From IMG/VR virus record IMGVR_UViG_3300021478_000019, positions 32,001 through 96,000 of that record: a stretch of DNA of 64,000 nucleotides; one strand, 5' to 3'. Positions 8,994 through 17,340 of this stretch are shown here, piece after piece; the first letter of the stretch is position 1, and each line of letters begins with the position of its first letter. A program made the position numbers and the translations under genes. The notes beneath the pieces are model-generated. The model ran no database searches, was not told the origin of the DNA, and worked only from the letters and a program-made list of their open reading frames with translations. Origin of the DNA: a virus.

Positions 8994-9148
8994 GACTGCT
9001 CCTTGATGACGTGCTTGTAGATTCCGAACTTATGATCGAGGACGTGCCAAGCAGTGAGATCATCGAGTGAGTCATCAAGGAGGGGAGCATCGGCCCCGAC
9101 GAAATGCTCAGAGATCAAATGCTCTACCAGGGCAGTCTTGGTCATCAT
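8990..9148 (-). CDS. 52-aa His-rich protein, absent from the ORF track
   Basis: MMTKTALVEHLISEHF...KEQS*; RBS AGGAGG; ATGA overlaps. Confidence 0.6.
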   Translation of the reverse strand: MMTKTALVEHLISEHFVGADAPLLDDSLDDLTAWHVLDHKFGIYKHVIKEQS

Positions 9149-10101
9149 GACTCCTCCTCTTCGGTGTCGACGGGCAGGTTGCCCACGATGCGGTTGACGG
9201 CTTTCTGAGCCGCACTGGCAGCCTGGATGATCAGGTTCTTGTCACCCTTCAGCGCCTTGATCCAGTGGGCCAGGTAGGCGGCACTGGAGTCGAGCGTGGC
9301 CTGCTGCTCGATGCCGGCGATGGCGCACAGCATGGCGGCGCCAAGCTCAGCGATTAGCTCCTCGTTTGAATACACGGCGTCCCCGAAGGCGCCGAAGGTG
9401 CCCTCAGCGATGCCCTGGCGAGCCTCACGGCTGGAGTGCCCGGTCGAGTGGACGGCTTCGTGGAACTTAGTGGAGTGGTACGCCTCGGCGCTGTGGAACT
9501 GGTCACGCAGGGGCAGCTGGATGTGGTCGGTGCCGGGCTGGTAGTAGGCCCGATCGCCCCCATGACCCAGCGATGGCCCGGTGGCCAGGTAGTCAGCGAC
9601 GATGGCCTCAGCGCCCTCGATGGCCTCTACCGGGGTGCGGACGGCGACCTTGGGCAGCCGGGCATCCTCGGCCCAGTCGCACTGGTCGACATTGAAGACG
9701 TGGAACAGGCGCAGGATGTGGAACTTCTTGATGGTGCCGTCATCCTGCTCCCGCTCAAAGGTGATGGGGCGAATGATCTCGACTGACTTCTCACCCTTGC
9801 GGACCTGGCCGCCGCGTTCGGACATCTGCTTGTAGGTGCCCCAGTACAGCGAGTTGTAGCCCTTTTCCAGGGCGGTGAGCCACAGGACCAGGACATTGGA
9901 GCCCTGGTAGGGCTTGTAGGTGGCCAGCGAGGTGGGCAGGCCAGCGATGCCGTCCCACTCCTTGTGCCAGATGACGGTGCCAGCCTCCAGGGCGGCGATG
10001 ATCTTGTTGGTGGTCTCCTGGGCGGCATCACGTACGACCTTGGTCACACGGGCCTCATGCTTAATAGACACCTTGGGTCGGGATTTGGTTGCGGTTGCCA
10101 T
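9145..10101 (-). CDS. ardC: ArdC-family antirestriction protein (ssDNA-binding domain plus zincin-like metallopeptidase domain)
   Basis: Y.G.N...LW, W.TYKQ....GGQVRKGEK, F.VFNV.Q, AYY.P..D.I..P, HEAVHSTGH, YS.EELIAELGA. Confidence 0.9.
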   Translation of the reverse strand: MATATKSRPKVSIKHEARVTKVVRDAAQETTNKIIAALEAGTVIWHKEWDGIAGLPTSLATYKPYQGSNVLVLWLTALEKGYNSLYWGTYKQMSERGGQVRKGEKSVEIIRPITFEREQDDGTIKKFHILRLFHVFNVDQCDWAEDARLPKVAVRTPVEAIEGAEAIVADYLATGPSLGHGGDRAYYQPGTDHIQLPLRDQFHSAEAYHSTKFHEAVHSTGHSSREARQGIAEGTFGAFGDAVYSNEELIAELGAAMLCAIAGIEQQATLDSSAAYLAHWIKALKGDKNLIIQAASAAQKAVNRIVGNLPVDTEEEES

Positions 10102-10108
10102 GTCATTT

Positions 10109-10141
10109 ACCTTAGGTCACTCGGACTCGGGATGCAAGTCA
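10109..10141 (-). promoter_or_regulatory. Repeated early promoter P3
   Basis: TGAC-TTGCAT-N17-TAAGGT-N7-ATG of ardC. Confidence 0.85.
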
Positions 10142-10326
10142 GGGCTAGAGATTTGTTGAAGAGTGTGCGCTACCCATTCCAGCTGGTAGGCGACCTCGAT
10201 GATCTCGGAGTCGGACATGGTCTCCATGTCATTGACCTGCGACTCGGGCACGGTGGCGATGACCAGGTCACTGGCCATGCCCCAGGTGCCCGTCTGGCGG
10301 TCGATGAAGATGCGAAAGGAGGTCAT
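10117..10326 (-). CDS. Small hypothetical protein
   Basis: ATGA overlap; 3' end runs through P3. Confidence 0.6.
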   Translation of the reverse strand: MTSFRIFIDRQTGTWGMASDLVIATVPESQVNDMETMSDSEIIEVAYQLEWVAHTLQQISSPDLHPESE

Positions 10327-10601
10327 GACTGCGCCTCGTATTCAGCCTCCACGGCTGCGTTGTACTCGGTGCTGTAGTCGCGGATGACCTCGATGGGCTG
10401 GTCCCAATCCACGTAGCGATCAACCTGGTGCAGGCCACCAGGGCGGGCTTCCAGGCGAACCAGGCGGGGCCGGTCGCCCCTAGCGGTGGCGTCGTTGAAC
10501 ATGACGGCCTCATAGAGGGTGCGCCCACCGGGGAGGCGGAACACTCCCTCATTGCCGATCAGTTCGCAGGCGGGCTGGGTGGGGTAGCGAGTGTCACTCA
10601 T
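10323..10601 (-). CDS. Small hypothetical protein
   Basis: GLHQVDRYVD motif; overlaps at both ends. Confidence 0.65.
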   Translation of the reverse strand: MSDTRYPTQPACELIGNEGVFRLPGGRTLYEAVMFNDATARGDRPRLVRLEARPGGLHQVDRYVDWDQPIEVIRDYSTEYNAAVEAEYEAQS

Positions 10602-10846
10602 GACCGGCGACGCCTCTTGCTGTCCTGCTCCAGCGCACGCATGGCCCGCTGCTCAGCGCGGTCCAGCGCACGCATGTCAGCGTCGTAGATGGCCTCGCCC
10701 CCGTCCCCCAGGTGATCAGCGTCATCCTTGGAGCCGTAGCGAGCGATGTAATCGGAGCGGGTGGGGCCGCACTTGTCGACCCACTTGCGCTCCTGATCGA
10801 GCCAGTAGAGCGCACTCTCTAGCTCTGTCTTGGGCTTGGTTGTCAT
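10598..10846 (-). CDS. Hypothetical protein, leaderless; first gene of the leftward early unit
   Basis: MTTKPKTE 7 nt below the -10 of P4; YIARYGS....GDGGEAIY.AD motif. Confidence 0.75.
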   Translation of the reverse strand: MTTKPKTELESALYWLDQERKWVDKCGPTRSDYIARYGSKDDADHLGDGGEAIYDADMRALDRAEQRAMRALEQDSKRRRRS

Positions 10847-10853
10847 GGCGCAC

Positions 10854-10884
10854 ACTGTACTCCTACCCTGAGACAATGCAAGTC
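10854..10884 (-). promoter_or_regulatory. Repeated early promoter P4, divergent from P5
   Basis: GAC-TTGCAT-N16-TACAGT-N7-ATG. Confidence 0.8.
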
Positions 10885-10945
10885 GGGTCTAGGAGATCCC
10901 TGCATAAGGGCAGGTCAGAGCCCAGATAAAACTTTTCCCTAGGGG

Positions 10946-10977
10946 TGACTTGCAATGGGTGCCCGTAGGAGTAGTGT
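10946..10977 (+). promoter_or_regulatory. Repeated early promoter P5
   Basis: TGAC-TTGCAA-N16-TAGTGT-N7-ATG. Confidence 0.8.
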
Positions 10978-10984
10978 ATGCGCC

Positions 10985-11338
10985 ATGACATCCGACCATA
11001 TCCCCGAGAACATCCGCCGCATCCTGGCCCCGGCGCCAGGCTCTGTCATCGCCGTGCGGGTGCGCCCCTCTGAATCCATGTCCCAGTTCCCTCCCCAGTT
11101 CATCGCGGAGGACATCGAAGACCTGCTGGAGCGCTCCTCCCGTGAATGGGGCGGCGAACAGTGCGATAACTGCGGCTGCGACGGCTACGTCATCGAGCGT
11201 GACCCCACCTTCCCCTCCGACTTCCCCGAGGGCTGGGTGGTGCGCTGCTCCGGTAGCGAGTACTCAGACGGCTTCGTGAAGGGCTGCGACACCACCTACC
11301 GGCTGGGCTGGTTCCCCGAGAACCAGGTGGCCTTCTGA
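10985..11338 (+). CDS. Hypothetical protein, leaderless, with a Cys cluster
   Basis: MTSDHIP below P5; CDNCGC...C...C. Confidence 0.75.
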   Translation: MTSDHIPENIRRILAPAPGSVIAVRVRPSESMSQFPPQFIAEDIEDLLERSSREWGGEQCDNCGCDGYVIERDPTFPSDFPEGWVVRCSGSEYSDGFVKGCDTTYRLGWFPENQVAF

Positions 11339-11628
11339 TGGCCTACAACCCCATCACCGAGTATCGCCAGGCCAGCACCCGCCTGCGGGGTATCGCTCGC
11401 AACCGGGGCACCACCATGGCCACCACCTCTGCCCGCCAGCGTGCCATCGCTGACCAGGACCGCGCCGTGGGCGTGCTGCTTCGCAGCTACGACACCGGCT
11501 ACCACATCGTGGGGCTCCTGGTCGAGGAGGCCAAGCTGGCCGACCGTGACTGGCAGAACCGGCCTGAGCTAAAGGAGCGCATGCTCAAGCTGCGCCGTGA
11601 GCTACGTGAACTGGAGGCATGGCTGTGA
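11338..11628 (+). CDS. Helical hypothetical protein
   Basis: TGATG overlap with upstream gene. Confidence 0.65.
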   Translation: MAYNPITEYRQASTRLRGIARNRGTTMATTSARQRAIADQDRAVGVLLRSYDTGYHIVGLLVEEAKLADRDWQNRPELKERMLKLRRELRELEAWL

Positions 11629-11712
11629 TCCTCCTGGTCTGCGTGGTCATGGGGACAGGGGTGCTGGCGACGGCCCTCCTGCTCCGCAGCCCACGCATCT
11701 AATCTCTAGGGG

Positions 11713-11745
11713 TGACTTGCATGCTCCCAGTGGGAGGTGTAGGTT
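11713..11745 (+). promoter_or_regulatory. Repeated early promoter P6
   Basis: TGAC-TTGCAT-N17-TAGGTT-N6-ATG. Confidence 0.85.
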
Positions 11746-11751
11746 GCCCCC

Positions 11752-11889
11752 ATGACCAAGCGCAAGCCATCCAAACCGGCCCGCCGGGCCATGAACCCCT
11801 ACACCACCCTACGAGCCCAGACCATCCCATCCAAGAAGAAGGTCGCCAGCAAGCGTGCTTGCCGGGGCCGCGTCCAGACAGGAGACTGA
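11752..11889 (+). CDS. 45-aa highly basic protein, absent from the ORF track
   Basis: MTKRKPSKPARRAMNPYTTLRAQTIPSKKKVASKRACRGRVQTGD*; start defined by P6. Confidence 0.7.
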   Translation: MTKRKPSKPARRAMNPYTTLRAQTIPSKKKVASKRACRGRVQTGD

Positions 11890-11890
11890 C

Positions 11891-12169
11891 GTGAACCGCA
11901 ATCCCGACCGCACGCCGGTCACCGTCGAGCAGTTGGTGGCCATGGCCCGCAGCTGCGGCATGACCGACCAGGAGTTGGCCACCCAACGCGGCATCAACGA
12001 GAAGGCTGCTTTCTGGCGGTCCTTCTTGGAGGGCGTCACCCAGCAGTTGCGCTTTGAAATGTGCATGCGCGGCGAGTTGATCTTGGACACCTCCGAGCCC
12101 TTCGTCCCCAAGCCTGCCCCCACCATCACCGTCGACCCCTTCTTCACCAACCAGAAAGTATGTATCTGA
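11891..12169 (+). CDS. Hypothetical protein
   Basis: GTG after RBS AGGAG, right after the upstream stop. Confidence 0.6.
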   Translation: MNRNPDRTPVTVEQLVAMARSCGMTDQELATQRGINEKAAFWRSFLEGVTQQLRFEMCMRGELILDTSEPFVPKPAPTITVDPFFTNQKVCI

Positions 12170-12170
12170 C

Positions 12171-12446
12171 ATGACAACGACCAACCCATTCATCAATCGC
12201 CCGACCTGGGAAGAGGTGATCGACCCTCTGGCCGATTCCCCTCTCTGGGTCCACATCCGCCAAGCTGCCAGCATTGTGCTGGAGCATCTGCTGCACAACA
12301 TGGGTGACTTCGACTCGGGGATCTCCTCCAGTGACATCAACCACACTGTGTTCGGGACGGCGTCCTGGCTGGACCGCTCCTCGCCCACCTACCCCGGCGA
12401 CGTCCTCACCGCGCTGGTGCATCAGGGCTACGAGTCCCGGCCATGA
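12171..12446 (+). CDS. Hypothetical protein
   Basis: Abuts upstream stop; ATGA overlap downstream. Confidence 0.65.
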   Translation: MTTTNPFINRPTWEEVIDPLADSPLWVHIRQAASIVLEHLLHNMGDFDSGISSSDINHTVFGTASWLDRSSPTYPGDVLTALVHQGYESRP

Positions 12447-12691
12447 GCCAGGACGACGTCGAGCGCGACGCCAAGCGATGGGCCACTGGGCTGGAACTGG
12501 CCGAGGGGCTCAGCGCCCAGGCATGGGTTGACCTGGCGCCGCACCTGTCCTGCCGGGAGGCCGAGTTGGTCAAAGCCTTCCTGCTGGCCTGGAAGACGCC
12601 GTGGGTCGCTCAGGTCTTCATCGAGGCCCACGCCAACAGCGATGACGACGAGGGCGACCTGCACTACCAGGGAGGAGGTGCAGATTCCTGA
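12443..12691 (+). CDS. Hypothetical protein
   Basis: L.C.EAE...HA..DDDEGD.H motif; ATGA overlap. Confidence 0.65.
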   Translation: MSQDDVERDAKRWATGLELAEGLSAQAWVDLAPHLSCREAELVKAFLLAWKTPWVAQVFIEAHANSDDDEGDLHYQGGGADS

Positions 12692-12697
12692 CAGCGG

Positions 12698-12730
12698 TGA
12701 CTTGCATGTCACGGGCAGGGCCACTAGGGT
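12698..12730 (+). promoter_or_regulatory. Repeated promoter P7, followed only by an 8-codon ORF
   Basis: TGAC-TTGCAT-N17-TAGGGT-N7-GTG. Confidence 0.7.
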
Positions 12731-12812
12731 CTTGCCCGTGACCCCAGTGGGACTCCGAGACTAGGGCTGCCTGTAAATACCCCGAAGACCCAGCCAAAGT
12801 TTCCCCTCTCCC

Positions 12813-12844
12813 TGACTTGCATGTGAGCCCCCCAGGAGTATGCT
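12813..12844 (+). promoter_or_regulatory. Repeated early promoter P8
   Basis: TGAC-TTGCAT-N16-TATGCT-N6-ATG. Confidence 0.85.
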
Positions 12845-12850
12845 TGCACC

Positions 12851-13804
12851 ATGACATCCGACCAAGAGTACGAACTGGTGTACAAGGGCATCTGCGCCGT
12901 CGCCGCCCACTGTGACGGGGCCCAGTCCCTCGACTACGTGGGCTTCGACGGCCAGGACACCCACTTCGGGCGCCGCATCGCATCGGTGCCCTTTGATACC
13001 TGGACCCCCGCCGTGCGGGAAGAGGCGGCTCGCATCGCCAACAAGTATCAGGCCCAGATCCTGCGCTGGACGGGCATCGACGTCACCCTGCTCCAGGTGG
13101 TCAAGGATGCCAAGGGCATCGGCACCGTCCGGGCTGCCCGTGACGACGCCCGCACCTATGAACGCCGGGCCCGTGGGGCCAGCAAGGTGGCTGCCCGCAA
13201 GGTGGACGTGGAGGCGGGCCAGCTGCTCATCGCCTGGGTCAAGGGAGACCCGGACTTCTCGGCCCTCCTCGACGCCGCCAGGGCTCTGCCTGGTCGCCGG
13301 TTCAACGGCAATGGCTGGACCGCTCCGGTCTCCGATGAGGTGCGTGACATGATCCTGGTCTGGGACTTCCCGGTCACCCCGGCTGCCCAGGCTCTCCTCG
13401 ACGGGGCTGCCGAGTTGCCGGCAGCCCCCCAGGCGCCCAACATCACGCTCGACGACGCCCGCCATGTTGCCATCACCACCGGCTACGACGAGGCCATGCT
13501 GCAGCCCCTGCGGGCTCTGCCGGGTCGCCGTTGGGATGCCAGCCGCAAGGTCAACACGGCTGAGACCCACCCGGCGGTCATCCGCCTGGCCGCGAAGTTC
13601 AACCTGACCATGTCCCCCGAGGCTCGCCAGGCGTGCGAGACCGGGGCCACTGACCGCCAGGCTGCTGACCTGGCTGCCGGTGACGCCCAGGCCATCGTGG
13701 CCCACGTCAGCCGGGCCAAGGATCCCACCACCCTGCCGGATGCCTTTGAGGACATGCTGGCCCCCATCCTGGCCAGCTACGGGGCCGAGCGGGCACTGTC
13801 ATGA
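12851..13804 (+). CDS. Protein with two HARP-like repeats, probable accessory module of the SNF2 ATPase
   Basis: CDGA...D.VGF...D..FG N-terminus; repeats RALPGRRFNG..W and RALPGRRWDASRKVN. Confidence 0.65.
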   Translation: MTSDQEYELVYKGICAVAAHCDGAQSLDYVGFDGQDTHFGRRIASVPFDTWTPAVREEAARIANKYQAQILRWTGIDVTLLQVVKDAKGIGTVRAARDDARTYERRARGASKVAARKVDVEAGQLLIAWVKGDPDFSALLDAARALPGRRFNGNGWTAPVSDEVRDMILVWDFPVTPAAQALLDGAAELPAAPQAPNITLDDARHVAITTGYDEAMLQPLRALPGRRWDASRKVNTAETHPAVIRLAAKFNLTMSPEARQACETGATDRQAADLAAGDAQAIVAHVSRAKDPTTLPDAFEDMLAPILASYGAERALS

Positions 13805-14607
13805 CCGCCAATCAGGCCACCTACTTCGACGAGCCCTGCACCATCTGCCAGGGCCGCGGCGTCATCACTCAGGACGACGTCTTCCCCTGCCCCAGCTGTG
13901 GGACCAAGAACCGCATCCCCATGGGCGTGCGGGCCCGCTGCGGCAAGTGCCACGGGGCCATGACCGGGGCTCTGCCCATCACGGTGGAGTGCCCGTACTG
14001 CGAGGGCTACAAGACCAGTGGCTGGGCTCTCCGCAACCAGGTGGACGACGCCAACCATCGGTCCTGGCTGCGCCGGGCGGTGGGCTACATCCCCATCGTC
14101 TGGATGATCAGGCTGATATGGGGCGCCTACGCCCGCACGCCTGGCCACCAGGCTCGTCGCCTGTTCACCACCCAGGAGGAGGTCAATACGGTCAGGCTGG
14201 CCAGCCAGGCCGCGACCGCCGGGTTCATCTTCAAACAGTCGATGAACCAGCACCATCGCCACCAGGCCCAGGCCCAGCAGGCGCCACCAGGGAGCTATTA
14301 CAACCAGGCTCCTGGCACCTGGTCGCCGTATGCGCCGGGCTCGCCTCAGCCGGGGCCCGCCTGGTCACCCGGAGGCCCACAGCCGGGCTGGACGTCGCCC
14401 CAGGCGCCCAATGGAGGCCAGCAGTTCTACTTCCCCCCGCATCACGGCAATGCTCACCAGGCGCAGGCCGACCAGTGGAACTACCAGTTCAACCCGAGTC
14501 ATCACAACCAGCCGCCGCAGGCTTCCCACGCTCATCCTCACAACCCGTATGCCGACAGCTGGAATGACCGGTACAACCCGAGCCATCACCACCCAGGTCA
14601 GAAATGA
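13801..14607 (+). CDS. Zinc-finger protein with a hydrophobic segment and a Q/P/H/N-rich low-complexity tail
   Basis: CTICQGRG, CPSC, CGKC, CPYCEG; AVGYIPIVWMIRLIWGAY; low-complexity C-terminus. Confidence 0.75.
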   Translation: MTANQATYFDEPCTICQGRGVITQDDVFPCPSCGTKNRIPMGVRARCGKCHGAMTGALPITVECPYCEGYKTSGWALRNQVDDANHRSWLRRAVGYIPIVWMIRLIWGAYARTPGHQARRLFTTQEEVNTVRLASQAATAGFIFKQSMNQHHRHQAQAQQAPPGSYYNQAPGTWSPYAPGSPQPGPAWSPGGPQPGWTSPQAPNGGQQFYFPPHHGNAHQAQADQWNYQFNPSHHNQPPQASHAHPHNPYADSWNDRYNPSHHHPGQK

Positions 14608-14617
14608 TCCCTAGCCC

Positions 14618-14651
14618 TGACTTGCATGTGTCCCGACCCGTGACCTACTCT
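14618..14651 (+). promoter_or_regulatory. Repeated early promoter P9
   Basis: TGAC-TTGCAT-N18-TACTCT-N6-ATG. Confidence 0.85.
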
Positions 14652-14657
14652 TGACCC

Positions 14658-16124
14658 ATGGCACTCAACTTCAACTCATTCCTCCCCGAGGGGGTGGATC
14701 TCTACGATTACCAGCACGTCGGCGTGGCCCTGGCCCTCTACAACACCGCGGATGGCAAGGGCACCTGGCTGGCCGATGAGCAGGGGCTGGGCAAGACCCG
14801 CCAGGCCATCACCGTGGCCCTGGTCAAGGGCTGCAAGAAGATCCTGGTGGTCTGCAAGTCGGCCCTCAAGGCGAACTGGGAGCGTGAGATCAATCAGTGC
14901 GCCCCGCAGTGGACGACCCAGGTGCTGGGCGGCACTCGCCCCTACGAGACCATGGCCCAGTGCGTGATTATCTCGTTTGATCTCCTGGCCACCTGGTCCG
15001 ATGCCCTCCTCTTCGACGGCTTCGACGCCCTGATCATCGACGAGTCGCACTACGTCAAGAGCAAGGGCACGGCCCGCCAGCCGGTGCAACGGACCATGGC
15101 TGCCCTCAAGATTGGCGAGCAGCTGCGGGCCCGCAAGGGGCTCATCCTGCTCCTCAGTGGCACGCCCCTGTTGAACCGTCCGGTGGAACTGGTGACCCAG
15201 CTGGAACTGATGGGTCGTCTGGAGGAGATCAGCCCCACCCCTCGCCGGGCCAACCCCACGGCCAAGGATTGGGAGTACGCCTTCAAGTTCTCATTCTGTG
15301 GGGCCCACAACAACGGCCATGGCTGGGAGTTCAAGGGCTCCAGCAACCTGGACCTGCTCAATACGCGGGCCCGCAGCCGGTGCCTGATCCGCCGCCTCCG
15401 CACCGAGGTGCTGGACATGTCCGAGACCCATCGCATCCAAACGCCGCTCAGCCTGAACGGTGGCCTCGACGAGTACCGCCGGATCGAGCGCAACTTCGTG
15501 GCCAAGAATGACCAGTCCTACTACCTGGAACTGATGAACGCCCTGCGCCAGGCTGCCGGGCTGGCCAAGGTGGACGCGGCGGTCGATTGGATCAACACCT
15601 ACCTGGAGGAGAACCCCGACAAGAAGCTGGTGGTCTGGGCCTGGCACATCCCGGTGCAACGGGAGATCGCCCGCAAGGTCAAGGGCGCCATCTACTTCAA
15701 GGGCGAGCAGGACAAGGGCCGGGTCGAGGAGGCCAAGGCGCAGTTCAACACCGGTGACGCCCGCGTCATCGTCTGCAGCCTGCAGGCGCACCGTGAGGGC
15801 CACACGCTGGTGGGCGATGGCCATAACGTCACTGACTGCCTCTTCGTCGAGAGCCCCTGGCACCCCGGCGCCGTGAGCCAGGCCGAGGATCGGATCAATC
15901 GCATCGGGCGCAAGGCTGACGCCGTGTTCGCCACCACCCTGACCGTGCCCAACACCATCGACCAGGAACTGGCCGACCTCATCGCCGAGAAGTGGGACAC
16001 CTTCCGGGGCGCCGTGGATGGCACCGTGCCCGAGGGGGCCGAGGATGACATCCAGGCCATCCTGATGGCCCGCCTGCGGGCCCGCAAGGCGCAGGAGGCC
16101 CAGGAGGGGGGTGAGGCCAGCTGA
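14658..16124 (+). CDS. SNF2-family (SMARCAL1-like) helicase/ATPase
   Basis: LADEQGLGKT, IIDESH, LLSGTP, QAEDRINRIG. Confidence 0.92.
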   Translation: MALNFNSFLPEGVDLYDYQHVGVALALYNTADGKGTWLADEQGLGKTRQAITVALVKGCKKILVVCKSALKANWEREINQCAPQWTTQVLGGTRPYETMAQCVIISFDLLATWSDALLFDGFDALIIDESHYVKSKGTARQPVQRTMAALKIGEQLRARKGLILLLSGTPLLNRPVELVTQLELMGRLEEISPTPRRANPTAKDWEYAFKFSFCGAHNNGHGWEFKGSSNLDLLNTRARSRCLIRRLRTEVLDMSETHRIQTPLSLNGGLDEYRRIERNFVAKNDQSYYLELMNALRQAAGLAKVDAAVDWINTYLEENPDKKLVVWAWHIPVQREIARKVKGAIYFKGEQDKGRVEEAKAQFNTGDARVIVCSLQAHREGHTLVGDGHNVTDCLFVESPWHPGAVSQAEDRINRIGRKADAVFATTLTVPNTIDQELADLIAEKWDTFRGAVDGTVPEGAEDDIQAILMARLRARKAQEAQEGGEAS

Positions 16125-16170
16125 GCGCCTTAGCATGGCTCCCACTGCCCACCACGGGCAGCACAACCAG

Positions 16171-16211
16171 AGAACCCCCAGGCTCCGTACTCCGCTCAGC
16201 CTGGGGGTTCT
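16171..16211 (+). terminator. Terminator-like hairpin
   Basis: 14-bp stem AGAACCCCCAGGCT/AGCCTGGGGGTTCT with a 13-nt loop. Confidence 0.75.
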
Positions 16212-16230
16212 TGCATTTCCAGGCTAGGGG

Positions 16231-16263
16231 TGACTTGCACGCCAGGAGCCCAGCCCCTAGCAT
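16231..16263 (+). promoter_or_regulatory. Repeated early promoter P10
   Basis: TGAC-TTGCAC-N17-TAGCAT-N7-ATG; 28 nt (16213-16240) identical to 16921-16948. Confidence 0.85.
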
Positions 16264-16270
16264 GCCTGGC

Positions 16271-16861
16271 ATGACAACGAAGACCAACCCCGTCACCCCC
16301 GAGCTTGAGGCTGCCGCCGTGCGCGTCGTCGCCTCCCTGAACGAAGTCCCCGCTGGCTTCGTGCCCGCCGCCCCCGGCCCCCGCCCCACCGTGGGCCAGG
16401 TCGTCAGCTGCTGGGGCCACAACAAGCAGCGCGTCGGCATCGTGACTGAAGTAACCAAGACCCGTGTGCATGTCCTGTTCACCACGCCGGGCGCCATCAA
16501 GGAGGCCCAGGACAGCGTGGCCCGGACCATGGAGCGCCCCACCAGCCTGGAGGCCCACATCGCGGAGAACCGGCCCTACGTCACCTCCAACTACCTCTTC
16601 GACCTGGCCGAGTCCCGGCTGGAGACGGCCAAGTATGGCCGCACCTACAAGGGTGAGGTGGACACCGAGCATCTCCTGCGCCACGCCGACGCCCTGGCTG
16701 CCATCGAGGACGAGGGCTTTGAGGCCCGCCTGACCCGCCTGTCCCAGACCGAGTTGGACGGCGTGCTGGCCCGCCGCCTGGTCCCCTGGCAGGCCAGGGT
16801 GACCATGACCCACAGCTGGAAGAAGATCTCCGAGGTCTTCGTCCTGCCCGAGGAGGTGTAG
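16271..16861 (+). CDS. Hypothetical protein, leaderless, with an SH3-like segment
   Basis: MTTKTNP below P10; VGQVV....R.GIVTEVTKTRVHV. Confidence 0.75.
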   Translation: MTTKTNPVTPELEAAAVRVVASLNEVPAGFVPAAPGPRPTVGQVVSCWGHNKQRVGIVTEVTKTRVHVLFTTPGAIKEAQDSVARTMERPTSLEAHIAENRPYVTSNYLFDLAESRLETAKYGRTYKGEVDTEHLLRHADALAAIEDEGFEARLTRLSQTELDGVLARRLVPWQARVTMTHSWKKISEVFVLPEEV

Positions 16862-16890
16862 CCCCTGGCCACCACCCCACCATATCCACC

Positions 16891-16919
16891 AGGAGCCCTC
16901 CCCAACCGGGAGGGCTCCT
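16891..16919 (+). terminator. Terminator-like hairpin
   Basis: 12-bp stem AGGAGCCCTCCC/GGGAGGGCTCCT. Confidence 0.75.
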
Positions 16920-16938
16920 CGCATTTCCAGGCTAGGGG

Positions 16939-16971
16939 TGACTTGCACCTGGGGAGCCCACGCCCTAGCAT
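16939..16971 (+). promoter_or_regulatory. Repeated early promoter P11
   Basis: TGAC-TTGCAC-N17-TAGCAT-N7-ATG. Confidence 0.85.
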
Positions 16972-16978
16972 GCCTGCC

Positions 16979-17308
16979 ATGACCAACCGCATTGTGACTG
17001 AACTGATCGACGCCCAGAACGAGGACAACGGCGGGCCCCTGGCCCCCGGCCAGGAGGGCTTCTGGAAGATCTGGGGAGCCGGGGCCCGCGACGTCCAGGC
17101 CGGGGACCTGGTCCTGGTCCGCTGGGCCGATGAGGACGGGGGCCATCACATCGAGGAGTACGCCATCGCCGCCCGCCTCGACGAGGGCAACGGCATCGCC
17201 CCCAAGTTCGCCGCCGAGTCGGGGGAGATCTTCCGCCTGGGCATGCTGCAGCGCATCGTCGTCCTGCGCTGGGGCACCGGCAACACGCTGAGCCCCAACT
17301 GCCGCTGA
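16979..17308 (+). CDS. Hypothetical protein, leaderless
   Basis: MTNRIV below P11; ARDVQAGDLV motif. Confidence 0.75.
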   Translation: MTNRIVTELIDAQNEDNGGPLAPGQEGFWKIWGAGARDVQAGDLVLVRWADEDGGHHIEEYAIAARLDEGNGIAPKFAAESGEIFRLGMLQRIVVLRWGTGNTLSPNCR

Positions 17309-17340
17309 TCACCGACCAACCCACCCGAGAGGATCCCACC

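Noticed and set aside
6571-10141. Shared PDLH peptide near the C-termini of three proteins (6571, 8458, 10117)
   Set aside because: It is the translation of the embedded promoter DNA CCTGACTTGCAT, not a protein motif.
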